Shown: one piece after another, positions 38,277 to 53,437 of the stretch | Position numbering within the stretch: the stretch's first letter is position 1 | Layout: the number at the start of each line of letters is the position of its first letter | Assembly: GCA_023213395.1 (NCBI GenBank) | Contig: CM041465.1 | Span: 177,389,741 to 177,453,740, forward strand | Source of the DNA: Cycas panzhihuaensis | Lineage: Eukaryota > Plantae > Cycadophyta | Direction: 5' to 3' | Length of the DNA: 64,000 bases | The notes under the pieces: model-generated | Database searches by the model: none | What the model was told of the DNA's origin: nothing | Seen by the model: the letters and a program-made list of their open reading frames with translations, nothing else | Position numbers and translations under genes: made by a program

Positions 38277-41052
38277 TGAGAAACTTAAAGAGCACTTGTT
38301 ATGTCAATTTAAGAATGTCTTATATAGCCTAAAACAAGCTCCTAGACCTGGTATGAAAATATTGATCAATAATTTCTAGAGAATAGGTTTGAGGGATCTC
38401 CAATTGGCTTAAACTTATATATCAATGTTGTAAATGATAAAGTTATATTTGTGGTGTTATATATTGATGATCTAACGATCATAGGTAATGATATCAACAT
38501 GATATTAAACTTAAATGTAGATCTTAGTCATTACTTTGAGATGATAACTTTGGGAATTCTACACTACTTCCTTAGAGTGAAACTATGGTAAAGGTCCAAA
38601 TAAGCCATCATCTCATAGGCAAAATACAATTGAGAAGCTTTGATAAAATTTAGAATGGTTGATAGTAAACCTATGCCTACTCCTATGGAAACATGTTCCA
38701 AATTGATAACAAGAGATGGTGGAGTAGATGTTGATCTAATGATGTATAGACAACCAATAGGAAGTCTAATATACTTAATTATTACCAGAATTGATATAAT
38801 TTTTTATAGTTGAAATGCTATTTAGATTTATGGTAGTACCAAAATAGAGTTAATGGAAATCTATAAAGAGGATCCTTAAATACTTAAAATGAATGATTTA
38901 ATATAGGCTTGAATTCAAATATAATGATTGCATTAGATATGTAGAAAGCAAAAGGTTGACTTTTAAATACTATTTAAGTTTAGGTTCAACTACCATCTCT
39001 TGGAGTAGTAAAAAGTAGTTAAATGTTGTTTTATGTTCAACTAAAGTGGAGTACAAGGTTGTAGTTGTAACTACTATTAAAGTCATTTGGTTATGACATA
39101 TTCTGAAGGACATGGGACTACGATGATTATAATAAAATATGTTGTACTATGATAATTAAACTACATTAAAGATTGCCAAAAATCATGTGTTCCATACTCG
39201 TACCAAACATATTGAGGTGCACTATCACTTTATTTATGAACTACTTTAGAGAAGAGTGATTGAGATGGTATATAGACTAATAGAAGAACAACTAAATGAC
39301 ATCTTTACCAAACTATTAGCATATGATAGATTCTAGATTTTTATGGATGGTTTATATGTCAGAATAAATGAGATAAACATTAATGGGGGTGTTGAGATTT
39401 AATGTTTATTATGGCTTATAACTTTAGATTATAAGACTCCCTTTTATTTTTTATATTTTAATAGTTATTAGATTTTTAATATTATATGAGTTAGAGAGTC
39501 ATTGGAGGTTACACTAATTGCCTCACTCATATGTTGATTCTTTTGGGATTAATATTTCATTTAGGTTTGTATAAAAGTACATATTGTACATTGTAAAAGG
39601 AATGAAAGAAATTAATGGAATGGGATTCAATTTTCATTTTGTGAAATCAATTTTTATTATGTGAATAGATTAATCCACCTATTTAAGTCTTCTCTATGCA
39701 CCCTTTAAATTAACTATAAATGTTCTCTTTCCACTTGTTCAAATACTTGTGGGCGATCTAGGTAGACCTTATCCTATAGAATGTCATTTAGAAAAGCACT
39801 ATTTACATCTATCTAGTGGATCTCTTAGCTAAATTGTGTTGTTGTATTAATAAACAATATGATTCTAGTCATATTGGCTATTGAAGTAAAGGTTTCATCA
39901 AACTTTATACCTTGATTTGAGCATATTCTTTAGTGATAAGTCTAATTTTATACTTGTCTATATAACCCCCCTAGGTAAAGCTTAAGCCTACAAATCTATC
40001 TATGTCTAATTAGTCTTTTGTTAGTAGGAAGTTTGAATAAGTTCCATACATTTTTTTTTTTAGAGTTATACTTTCTCTTCTACAACTTTTCATAACTTAG
40101 CTTCCTCAATTGTTTCCTCAAATCTATTTTTTTCTTTCGAGCTTAAAATATTGGATATAAAGGAAAAGTATACTTCTTACCTTTTTTGTGCTCTTGTCTT
40201 CATCCCTTCATTAGTATTAATCTACTTAACAAATGAGCTTTTAATTGTTTACTTGTACCACTCAAGTAATTTAAGTAAGGACCCTTGTGAAGTTTCAACT
40301 TACTAAAGATTTCAAGGTTTATGACTTTAAGTTTTTGCACTTTGTCCCCTCAAACTAGATTCAGGTATATCAATATTGATACTTAGAGTTTTATCCTTAA
40401 TTTTACCTTCAACCTTATCATCTTTTTTTTTGTAAAAAGAAACATCCCTACTGATTATGATTTTTCTATTAGATAGATCTATTAACTTGTAAGTCTTTAA
40501 TGCATCACTGTATCTAATAATTATACATTTTTGTTGCTTTTGTCATCTAACTTCTTTCTTTGCTCCATATAAATATAAGTATATGCAATGCTCCCAAAAT
40601 CTCTTAAGTGACTAATACATGGCTTCAATCTAGTTCATGCTTTCTCAAGTCTTGTGTGCCTAATTGATTTGGTGGAACATCTATTTAGGAGGTAAACTAC
40701 TGTGGTGACTGCTTCATTCTAATAACGAAGAGAAGGACCTTTGGCTTTGAACATACATTTTGTCATTTCCACAATAACCTTATTCTCTCTCTATAATACT
40801 ATTCTACTATGGTGTATATGTAGTAGTAAATTGTCTCTTGATTTTTTCTCCTTTGTAAAAATTCGAACATAATGGATTTATACCCTCCACTACTATCACT
40901 TCCTAAGGTTTTTATTTTCAAACCTAAGAAATATGCTTGATTTTCTTTAAACTTCTCAAAAAAAAGGAATGTTTATGACTTCAAGAAATAAATTTATATT
41001 TTCCTCATAAGTCCTTTATAAAAGTCATGAAGTAATATGCTCCTCTAAAGGA
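38277..41052 (+). repeat. Diverged direct duplicate of 8697-9777 plus 16261-18000 (A RT/RNase H, A 3' LTR, H flank)
   Basis: Colinear similarity throughout; contains the empty site ggatggtttatatgtcag where J is inserted in copy 1. Confidence 0.9.
39390..39718 (+). repeat. Duplicated 3' LTR of Copia A
   Basis: PPT aatggggg followed by tgttg; homologous to 16299-16619. Confidence 0.85.
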
Positions 41053-41840
41053 CTATATGGAGAATAGTCCACACTACAAACTAATTCTAACTTCTCCTTA
41101 TCTCTCCACTAAGTTTTCATGATCTTCTCTTTGTATTATTTTCCTAGTGCACTCGCCACAAACATCATGCTCCTTTTATACTAAGGATAAACCACTTACC
41201 ATGTTGAACCTATGTAGAAGTTACAAGTCAAAATAATTTAGATGACCATATTAGCCATGGCACAAGAGACTATTAGGTTTTTCAGTCACAAGTCTACATT
41301 AAAGTATATGAGGAAAAGCTTGTATAGCCCATTCTCCTATTTCCCTTGATAATAAGGTTACCTCCTTCATTAATCTTGTAACTATCCTTATTAAACATCA
41401 TTTTAAAGTCCATCTTCATTATCTAATTAATAGATAACATATTGTTTTTAAATGAGGACATATTTAGTTAATTAGATTGTTTTTAAATAAGGACACATAT
41501 AAAACATTATGTATTCTTTTACACTCACCATCAATTTTCAAAAGGATATTTCCTAGTCTAACAACTTGATGTTTATTATCGTCTCTTAGTAAAATTATAC
41601 CATTATCATGGTTCAAATCTTTAAACTTTTTATATTTGAAGAACATGTATTTGGTTGATCCTAATTCAATTAATTAGGTTCCTACTTCTTGCTTAGTCTT
41701 AGGTACATAAGCCATAAAGACTATATAGATCCCTGCCTTCTTCAAAAGACTAGTTTCTCTCAATATTCTTTTTATCTTCATATTTGATTTCTTTTTTTAA
41801 CATTTTTTTATCGATGTGGCTAAGTTTACCATAATAAAAA
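39719..41840 (-). mobile_element. Copia H duplicate: RT N-terminus, integrase, protease region and zinc knuckle
   Basis: Homologous to 16620-18000, then continues with ORF 41464-41646 (NVLYVSLFKNNL) and a degenerate FYYGKLSHI knuckle. Confidence 0.75.
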
Positions 41841-42159
41841 TGTTAGAGTGGTATATTAACCACATAACTTGACTAATATTTATGTGGTGTATATATGTGA
41901 ATATATGCAATATAATTTATTATTAGATGGGCCAACGGATGTAATATGCATGTAATATAGGAGGCACTTATAGATCTATTTAAAGGGATCCAAAGTCCAT
42001 TATACTTTATAATTTTATATCAATATAATCAATATTTTTGTGGTGGAATTTTACCGTAATATTTCCCACATCAATTCTACATTGTGTACTTGTTTATTTT
42101 GTGCTTGTTATATACATAAATGATTTGTTTATCTATGATTTCTAACATGGTATCAGAGT
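41841..42159 (+). mobile_element. Orphan 5' LTR (41841-42147) with Met-tRNA PBS
   Basis: tgttag...ctaaca inverted termini followed by tggtatcagagt; no partner LTR recognised. Confidence 0.75.
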
Positions 42160-43552
42160 AGATGGTCATGCATAAGTAGGTATACATTGGACAAAGTTTT
42201 CAAATTATAGGTTATCAGGTTATACTAGCTCAACCCTTCACTAAGGATTAACTTCTCCAACAATCGAGAGAATAGTCATAGGTTACAATGATTAAGTAGA
42301 GATTTTCATATCTTTAGGTCTTCATTTGTCCTTATAGATCTATAAAGGAGTGCAGGAGGTTATTTTTTGTTGTTGTAGGTGTAAGACAACTAGTACCCCT
42401 TATTTTTGTAGATCCAACCTTTGAATACTCAATTGCCAATTAAGGATCAATAGATATACTTGTGCGTGATTAAAGAAGGTGATATTAAAGATAGAAGTTA
42501 TGTTTGTAGACATTGGCTTCATATTGAGGTAGTATAGGTGAAACATAGATAAAGAGGTAGAGACTAGCCATAATATTTGTTGTAGGCTATTAAGAAAGTT
42601 GTTAACTAAGCATATTGCCTCTTATGCAACTAGAGTGTGAGGAAGTAAAAGAGTTGCAATCCATAGAGATGTTATTAGTATTGGCATTGGCAGCACATTC
42701 GCTAATCGTGATCACTTGTTCAGACTTAGAGTAATCTTAGAAGTTACCAAACATAGAGTGAATTATGGTTATACACAAATTAAAGCCATAGTAGCCATCG
42801 TAGGTTGTTAATATGGATTACGGTCATAGAGGACTCACAAGTCAAGTTTCCTTGTGTCTTATTTAATTGTCAGCTTCTACAGTAAATTTTATCTATGCTT
42901 CATGATACACACAATGTTTGTTTATGTTGCTAGAGAGAGACAAAGACAAAAAAATGTTATGCAGCTATAGTGAGCATAGACTCATAGCCAACAATACGTG
43001 ATTACACTAAGAATAAGACATAGATAGTCATAGTTAAAGTTGTCATTGTATTTATACCTTTGTGGAAGGTATTTCAAATAGTGTTTTGCCCTTTTGTATT
43101 AAAATTAAAATAAATATATTGAATTGCTTTTTGGATATGATGTTTTGAAATTCAAAAGTTGGCACAAATATATCTGGTAAGGATTTTTTAATATAATGGT
43201 GATTATACATTATGTGAATGTATGATATGTGGCATATGATGTTTTCATGTTTGGGCATTCATTGTAAGAAGAGAATATTGTTGTATGCTGTTGTATATTG
43301 AGGTGATTTGTTATGCACATGAATTGATTATTGTGTGAAACACCTCTTGTTTCATTTATTTGAGGCAAGATCCTTTACAATATAAAGGCACTTTCATGAT
43401 ATTGATATAATATCTTCTTGAGGTAATGTGTTGTGTGAGATAATTAGATAAAGGTAACTCCTTAAGTGAGGTATATACATCAGTGGTCTAGGTAGATAGA
43501 TGTTTTTAATCATTGTAATATTACATTGATTTTAGGGTGGTGTTTTATTTAA

Positions 43553-44581
<1,029 letters not shown>

Positions 44582-47261
44582 ACTATAACAATGTTTAATT
44601 AAATCATACTTGTGAAGAGTTTTTAAAGTTCTTTCTTTGAATAGTCTTTTGCCTTATTTGTAAGTGGTTATTAGTCTTGTTGAAGCCTTTATATTCTAAG
44701 TTGTTGATCGAACTATTTTTGGGGAGGGGAATTTAGCTAATTAGAGGTTGGTTTAGGTTCTTTATATTTTCCAATTATACACCATGAAGAAGTTGGTTCC
44801 TTTGGTCAACTTTGTTGGAACTTTAACGAATAAAAGGAAAATACAGAATTGGTCCTCATGGTTAACTAGCTTTGGGGTATTACCAAATTTGAAATACTGG
44901 CTATTTCCTTAGATGGGAAAGAATATATATTGTTGGGACAATGCCTATTCTCAACATGTGTGTGCATACACCTAGGGCCCCCAAAGCCACTTAAGGTCAC
45001 GTAAAGCCCACCAGCGCTGCCATGCAACTATCTATGAGGATACTAAGGTATGTATTATGTTTATTTTATATAATTTTTTATTGTTTATTTAAATTATCAA
45101 GTAGAGGCATTTACCGCCTCTCTAAAACTATATATACTAAGGGGATACCTCCCTGGTATTTTTTAACATCGCTAACTATTCAGAAAACTTGGTATACTTT
45201 GAATAATGGATTCATCATTGTAATCTTTAGTTCACTCTACTCCTTGCACCTACATTTGGTACCATAGCATCAATCTACTCTCACGACAAGAAAATATTTT
45301 ATTATTTTGTCAGTTTTATAAAGTTTATTAATATTTTTTTATATTTTTTTGTTAATATTTAGTTATTATTAATACATATGCTCCATTTTATCAACATTTC
45401 TTCAAAAATTTACAACTGTAGCATGCATATTTATCCCAACAATCATTTGATGTAATTATTTTGAGGTTTCATTTGATTTTATGCAAGATTTTAATAGTTT
45501 TTCATATTTTTTTAAGGTTTTATCAAGTTCCTAAAATTTGGCAGGCTAATATGATATCCACACTACTCAGAACCACATCAAGTGACAACCCATTGGACTC
45601 CTCTCTGAGTCCTCTTCACTCCAGAAAAGACGGTTTGAAAAACCATCACTCCTATGATGAGTTATAGCTCCTTGAAGCCCAGTATACCTCATTACTTGTT
45701 GAAACCCCCAGGCACCAAACTGGAAATTGCTCCATTTGGCTTTATTTCTGGCTAGATCTTCATGCAACTTGGTAGCAAGGTATTTTTAATCTTTTAGAGT
45801 CTGTTCATAATGATTTTCTAGCCTTGTTTTAGTCGTATGACCCCTATGCCATCCATGATCTCCTTATATTTGGTAGGCTCATTCTCAGTCTATAGATATA
45901 TGTTCCTTAAGAAATTTTAGGGGCATCTCAAAATCAATAAGAGCAAGGCTCCACTCCGATTTCACCACATTTTGTAATATGTGCGAGAAGAATAAGCTCC
46001 CTGAGTGTCCTCCATCTGTCTACCCTTTGTTATTACATTTTGATGATTTTATATATTAAAAATTATATTTGTTTGAAATATTTCTCATCAATCTCATCTC
46101 CAGATCTGTGGCACTCCCTTACATAGTGATTTTGATCTATTTCTAACTAATTTTCATCATTTTTTTATTAAAAAAAAATGTTTATGCATCATCATTTGCT
46201 GTACAACTTGCGTGATCATTCTTTGTATTCAAAATTCATTTTTTTAGAGTTTTTTTTAGTTGATCCTCATTACAGATCTATGGCACAACTCTCATGATCA
46301 AATTTAATCATTTTTAGCCCATTCTAGATAGATTTTAATAGATAAAAACACCTCTATACTTTGTTATTTTTATGACCGTCGTTTTTTAATTAAAAATCTT
46401 ATTTTTTTTCAAAGTTTTAGATTAATTTAATTACATTGGAGTTTGATTTAGAGTCTGCACCATTTTTGGGCTCAAGCCCCCTTTGTGAGCTGGCCCCCAG
46501 TCTCGTGAGACCTTCATGTGACCACGATCTATGGTAGATTTCAAATTTGAATAAGCTCTTTTGAATTTTTTATTTTATTTTTCAAAAATTATATTTGTTA
46601 TTTAATAATTTTTGAGATCTGGTGCCCCCCTTAGGGTTATATCGATTGGTCCCATGGCCATACATATGACTATAAGCCCATTCACAAAGGAGTTAAAGGA
46701 CTAATCCATATTTTTTTATTTTGATTTTTTGCCTAAAGAATGACTATTTACTTTTTTAGCTATATCTCTCCACTAGGAAGTTAATTTCATGAATCGTTAG
46801 ACTTGTTGGATTCCTAACTCAGAGCTCTACAAACTAGAGTCCTCATTTACTTGATTTGAGCTATTTTTTATAAAGTTTAATCAATTTAAAGTTTACATTA
46901 ATTTATTGCTCATATTTCATTAGCTATAAAAGGGTCTTTTCACCATTTCTTTAATAACTTGAGTTCTATAGCTCTGTTTCTCGAGCTATCTGAACCGTTG
47001 GAAAGTTTTTAGAGCTCTTCACAATAGAATAGGTTTCATCATATTCTAACATCATTTTGTAGGTCATTAAAACTATTAAAGTCAATGCTCTATTTTAGTC
47101 CTAGTTTGACACTTTTAGGAATATTTTAAGCTAAATTTTCTTTCCAACTAAATATATTTAATTGATATTTATATATTAACTGATTATTAACGATATTTGT
47201 TAATGTTTATAAGATTTACAAGCTATGTTTTAGACTTTTAACATCATTTTTGGTTTCTGGA

Positions 47262-47476
47262 TATAGGATTCGAATAACTCAATCAACCAGAAAAAAACTC
47301 TAGGATCGTAAATGGTATCACAAGACACCTTTAATAAAATTAGATAAATTTTATAAAGTACAATATGCTTTATATACTCTTTAAATCATGAGTATAAAGA
47401 TTTGTAAGCCAACCGCTATTACAAATATGCATTACAAAGCCAACTAGAAAGGTGCATTATCAATTATATTCTAACA
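47262..47476 (-). repeat. 3' LTR of Copia G
   Basis: Repeat of 59527-59741. Confidence 0.9.
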
Positions 47477-49269
47477 CTCCCCCATAATGTACATTTGGAA
47501 AAAATCTCAAGCCTTCCTTAAGTTTGTAATACTTGAACCTTGACAATGCCTTTATAAATATATCAATAATCTGATCTTCTATTCTATAATCTACAAGTTT
47601 AATCTGTCCCTCTTGAACTAGCTCTCAAATGTAATGGTGTTTAATCTCGATGTACTTTGTTCTTGCATGTAAGACTGAGTTTTTTGACAGTTGTATTGTG
47701 CTTTGATTGTCACAATGAATCACTATAGGATTGCTTTGCCTTTAATGTAGATCTTTAAGTAGTCTTCTAATCCAAACAACTTCTTAACTTGCCACTTTAG
47801 CTACTTTGTATTCTACTTCTGCTGTGGATAATGACATAATGGGTTGCTTCTTTGTATTCCAAGATATTGCTACTAAACCAATGTTGAATACATAACCTAT
47901 CATAGATTTTCTATCTTATATATTATTAGCCCAATCTATGTCAGAATAGTTAACTAGATTGCATTTATTTGAAGAGTTATAAAAAAGACCATGATCAATT
48001 GTTCCTTTGATGTACCCGAGAATTTTCTTGGTAGCATTCTAGTGTTTTTGCTTACGATTTGCCATGAACCTCAAAGTAAGGTTAACTACATATGTTATAT
48101 CTAGTCTTATATTAGTTAGGTACATGGGGTTTCCAAGTAACTGATGATATGGAGTGGGGTCAACTAACATGGATTCTTCATGCTTACTTAGCTTTAATCC
48201 AACTTCAATGGGAATAGCGTAGGGATTACAATTGCTCATGTTGAATTTCCTTAAAATATCTATAGCATATTTTCTTTGAGACATTTATATTCTGCTATTA
48301 TCTTGACATACTTCAATTTTAAGAAAATAATGTAATTGTCCTAAGTCCATCATCTCGAACTCAGAATTCATATCATTTTTTAATTTTTAAAGTAATTCAT
48401 CATTATCTCCAGTGTAAATTAAATCATCAACATACACTATAACAATCAAAATAGAGTTCTTAGAGGTTTTTATGTAAAGATTTAAATATGAGTTACTTCT
48501 TTGAAACTCCTTATCCTAAAGATATTTATCAATCCTTGTATACTAAGCTCTTAGTGCTTATTTTAATCCATATACAACCTTTTCGAGTTTGCATACCAAA
48601 TGTTCATGTCCCTTGACATCAAAACCTTGACGTTGCAAGACATAAATTTCTTCATCAACATATCCATTAAGAAAGGCTGATTTAACATCCATCTAATAGA
48701 CTTTCCAACCAAGATGAGCAGTTAGAGATATAATACTCCTAATTGTAGTCATCTTAGTAATGGGAGCAAAGGTTTCTTCATAATCTATACCTTGTTATTG
48801 AGCATAGCCCTTTACAACTAATCTAGTTTTATATTTTTCAATAGTACCATTAGCCTTGTATTTGGTCTTATATATCCATTTGGTTCCAATAACATTCTTA
48901 CCTAGTGGTAATTCAACCAAATCCCATGTTTTATTTCAACTTAATGTATCAAATTTTGCATCCATTACTTGAGTCCATTCATTACTTTTTATAGCTTCTT
49001 CAAAAGTTTGAGGTTCATCTTTCTGCATCACTTGAGACATTAGAGCATAATTTACTTTAGCTTGAGATCTTGTGAATCTCTTTTTTTTTTTTGATAAGGT
49101 AAAAAATAATATTATAAGGGTGTTTTTTTTGCCAGGTCCCCAAACCTTATACATCAAGGGCCATCCGGCCTAAGAAAGATGACCATGAAAGGCCCATGGC
49201 CTAGCTCACTCTAAGATCACTCCATTCACCTCCTGCCTGTTACCATTATGTCTAGAAGATTCTATTCTA

Positions 49270-52200
49270 GTCAGACTCATAAGCTCCTTTGGGAAGTTCC
49301 TTTACCATACCCTATTCCTTTTATTTGCCACTACCCAATTTGCCAACCAATCTGCCACCTTGTTTCCTTCCCTGTACGTGTGTTGAATCTAAACACTCTG
49401 TTTAGATCTCAGTACATCTTGCGCGTCCTTAATGAGCTCTCTAGTACTCCACTCCAGCTCCGCTTCCCCCTTTAAGCTCTTAATCACAATCAAGGAATCA
49501 CCTTCAACAATAACTTTCTGCTCCTCCATCTCTTCCAGCATGGCTATTGCCTTATACATAGCCGTCACCTCCGCTCCATGATTCAATTGACAACCATAAT
49601 ATTCAGCAAATGCCCATATCACAGTTCCTGCATGATCCCTACACAAACTGCCCCCCTTGCCTCCCTGGGATTACCTTTAGCTACGCCATTAAAATTTATT
49701 TTAATCCTTGTTACTTCAGGTGGTGTCCAAGTCATTTCCCTCCTCTTCTCGTTCCCACCCCTTGGTCGACATATGCCCCATCCATCTAGGATGCTTTCCT
49801 CCCCCGTTGGGGTTTTGTCCTCCTTGGAGGGTTTTAACATCTCTAGAATGCCCCTTCTGATCATGTCGAACAACTTCTCTTCCTCCATCTCCTTTCCTTA
49901 GAAAATTCTCCTATTATGCTCCTTCCATATATTCCAAGTACCTACTAGAAGGATTAGCTTCTAAAACCTTCCCAATGTTTTACTCTTAAATGGAGAAACC
50001 CAAGATTTCCATTGGTCCCTCAAAGACAAAGAGGAAACCTAGCCTATTCCCATTATAGACCAGAAGCCACCCCAAATCCCTCTCGAGTAGGGGCAATAAA
50101 TACTTAAGTGATCAAGGGACTCAGCCTCCTCCCTACATAACTTGCACCTATTCACCACATAGATACCGTGCTTTAGTAGATTATCCATTGTTAGGAGCTT
50201 ATTTTATAAACATAACCACCAAAAGGCAGCAACCCTTGGGATAAGCCCCAATTTCCAAACCCTTGCCAGCATGTCATTCTTAGTCCATCCTTCTCTCTCC
50301 GATAGCGACTTGTATCCATCTTTAACCGAATAGGATCCTGAAGGTGACAGAGCCCAAACTAGGGAATCTGAAGGGGCCCTCTTGGGAATATACTATTGAT
50401 TTAATACATCTTTTACTCTCTAGATCTCCTCCTCGAAGCCATGCAGGTCATCAAACATTCTCCACTGCCTATTCTTGCCCACTCCTACCCAATAGTGCTT
50501 CACTAGTGTACCATATGTATCCTCACAGACTCTTTGCAGGTTAGCGATATTTGGGATCTCACCCATACTTGAGGAGCTGTACCATTTATTTTCCCAAAAT
50601 CTTATACTTTCACCATCCTCCAATTTCCATCATAAGCCGTTTCTTAGGATCAGTCATGAGGACCATATAGCATTCCAAATGGGAGATCCATAGACCTCAC
50701 CCACCTCATCCTTCAGGAAATGTTTGCCCTCCAAATATTTTCTGGCTATTATTTCCCCCCACATGGAGCCTTTCTCTTTAACTAGTCTCCATCCCACTTT
50801 AGCTAGGAGCACTTCATTAAGTAGTCCTAGTCTCCTGATGTTTAGCCTGCCTACCCACTTGGGCTTGCATACCTTCTCCCAAGATGCCAGATGAAATCTA
50901 TCTTTGTCCTTAGTCCCAGACCAAAGAAATCTCTTCATGATGCCTTCAGGGCTGAAATGACCTTGCTCGACATCTTAAATAAAGACATTTGGTAGACTAG
51001 AATACTCTGGAGAGAGGCCACGACTAGTTAAATCTTTCCCGCCTAGCTAAGTAGCGCCCCTTTCCAACCTGCCAGCTTCCTATTGAACCACCCCACAATA
51101 GGATCCCACATATTCTTACACATCCTTCCCACAAAAAGAGGCATCCCTAGATAAGAGGCAGGAAAATGTCTATTGGGAATCTCCAGCATTCTACTTATCC
51201 ATCTTTGAAGCCTCTCGGGGGTGTTAATGAAGAAGACAGAGCTCTTGTCTAAGTTGATTCTTTGATTAGAGGCGCTCTCATAGGCTTAGAGACCATATTT
51301 CAAGGCCCGGGCCTCACCAAGGGATGCCCTGCTTAGGAAGATGTTATCATCCACAAACTGATGGTGAATAATATTTTCCAAGGTGGAGGAAGGCTTCAGT
51401 CCTGAGACCCACCCTAATCTCTTAGCTTCCTCGGTAGCCCTTCCTAATATTTTAGCCATTATGATAAAGAGGATGGGGGATAATGGGTCTCCTTACCTCA
51501 GGCCCCTATGTCTAGGAAAAAAGGGAGTCGATCTACCATTTATTATCATCGAAAATGAGATACTAGAGATACAACATCTCATCCATTCTCACCAGACCTC
51601 CCCAAAACCAAACGTTTTGAGACATTCCAACAGATAGTCCTAGGCCACCAGGTCATAGCTTTGGACCTGTCTGTTTTTATTATCATCCCTGCTTCTTTTC
51701 TGTGATAGGTCGAGTGGATTGTTTCATGGATCGTTATTATCCCATCTATAATTTGTCTGCCTATTACGAAACCATCTTGGTTAGGCGAAATAATAGGCGG
51801 CAGGCATTCTTTAAGGTGATTCGTCAGCACTTTAGCCAAAAGTTTATATTTTACATTACATAGGCTTATCAGTCTAAAGTCTTCCATTGATTCTACCCCC
51901 TACTTTTTTGGGATCAAGACCAAAAAGGTGGCCTGCCATTCTTTCAAGATGGTTTTCCTTTGAAAAAACTCGTCCAGTGCTGAGATTAGGTCATGCTTTA
52001 TGATGTCTCAATACTCCTAGCAGAAATCAGGCAGAAGCCCATCCGGCCCATGGGCTTTATCCCTCCCCATTTTGAAGACGGCCTTCTCAACTTCGTCTAA
52101 AGATAACGGTTTTGTTAGTTTTCTATTTTGGGTGTCACTAAGCGCTCTCAGAATATGTTGCAGGAGATTTATCCTTAGATCCGGATCCTGACAACCAGGT

Positions 52201-53437
52201 TCTGTAAATAACTCTTTAAAGTAATCCATTGCTATTCCTCTTATATGATCTTTAGTATCATTCATGACTCCATCCTTACTTTGCATTTTACTTATTCTAT
52301 TATAGGATCTATGTTTCAATGCTGACAAATGGAAGAACTTAGTGTTTCTGTCTCCCGCCTTTATCCATTGCTCCCTCAATTTATGCTTCCAATGTATTTC
52401 CTCCCTGGACAATACCTCCTCCAATCTTTTGGTGGTTGAATGTTCTAATTGATCCAAATCCTATGACCTACCCTAAGTTTGGATCCTTTCTTCTATCCTC
52501 TTTAGCTCATCCCATAGGTATCCCTTATCTTCAAAGATGTTTCCAAACACCTCCTTATTCCATATTTTAATTTATTTTTTGATCCAGTCTAGCTTGTTCA
52601 AAAATTTGAACATAGCAAACCCTAGCACAGTGTATCCCCACCATTCACTAATCTTTTCTCGAAGATTGGGATGTTGTTGCTACATTAATTCAAAGCGGAA
52701 TGGGGCCCCACCTTGCTTCCCTAGATAGAAAGACTCCATAACCAAAGGGGAATGATCTGAGGCTATTTTCGGGAGAGCCTCAAGCTTGATATCCTCAAAC
52801 TAGTAAGTCCATTCATAGTTGGTTAACATTCTGTCTAACTTGATCTGGACATGACTATGACCCAATCTCCTATTAGACTAGGTGTACTTGGCTCCCCTTA
52901 AGGGGATATCCATTAGGCCACCGGATTGCAAAAAATCCTCGAAATTAAACATACTCCTGGACCATCCCTCTTGACCCTCTTTCTTTTCCTCCAGGTTGAG
53001 AGTTGTATTAAAATCCCCAACCACCAGCTAAGGGCCTTTCCATTCCTTATGTGCCTCCACTATTCTTTCCCATAACCTCTTCCTTCCCTCCATCGTTGTA
53101 GGGGCATATATATTGGTTATCCAGCAAGGCCTGTTTTTCCTCACACAAGCCATACAAAGTGTGATGAAGTGTTTACTTTTGACCACCACAGATCCTTTCC
53201 ACTTATCTGGATTCCAGAGAGTAGCCAACCTCCCAGAGCCCAATGGTCCCTCTAAGGCACACCGTTCCCCCCTCCTCCAGATCTTCTTGAATACCTATAT
53301 CTCCTTTTTCTGCTTGATTTTTGTCTCTTGCAATAGGACTATGTCCACACTCGTCCTAATCCTCATTTCCTTGACCATTCTCTACTTTGATGGGGCATTA
53401 AGACCTTTATATTCTAAGATAAGACCTTGATGGTCAT
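49270..53437 (-). pseudogene. L1 ORF2: AP endonuclease, RT, zf-RVT, RNase H (disrupted)
   Basis: MTIKVLS*NI, NIYAP, GDFN, SDHSP, GDRNTKFFH, FRLISLCNV, GDPLSP, HQFVDD, IRFWENKW, KINFNGVAKGNP, VIVEGDSL. Confidence 0.9.

Noticed and set aside
39390-39718. Independent insertion or solo LTR of family A
   Set aside because: Both the upstream pol and the downstream host flank are shared with copy 1, so it belongs to a duplication.
44720-44930. PPT-like ggggagggga as the 3' end of the 41841 element
   Set aside because: The following sequence does not begin with TG and does not match LTR 41841-42147.
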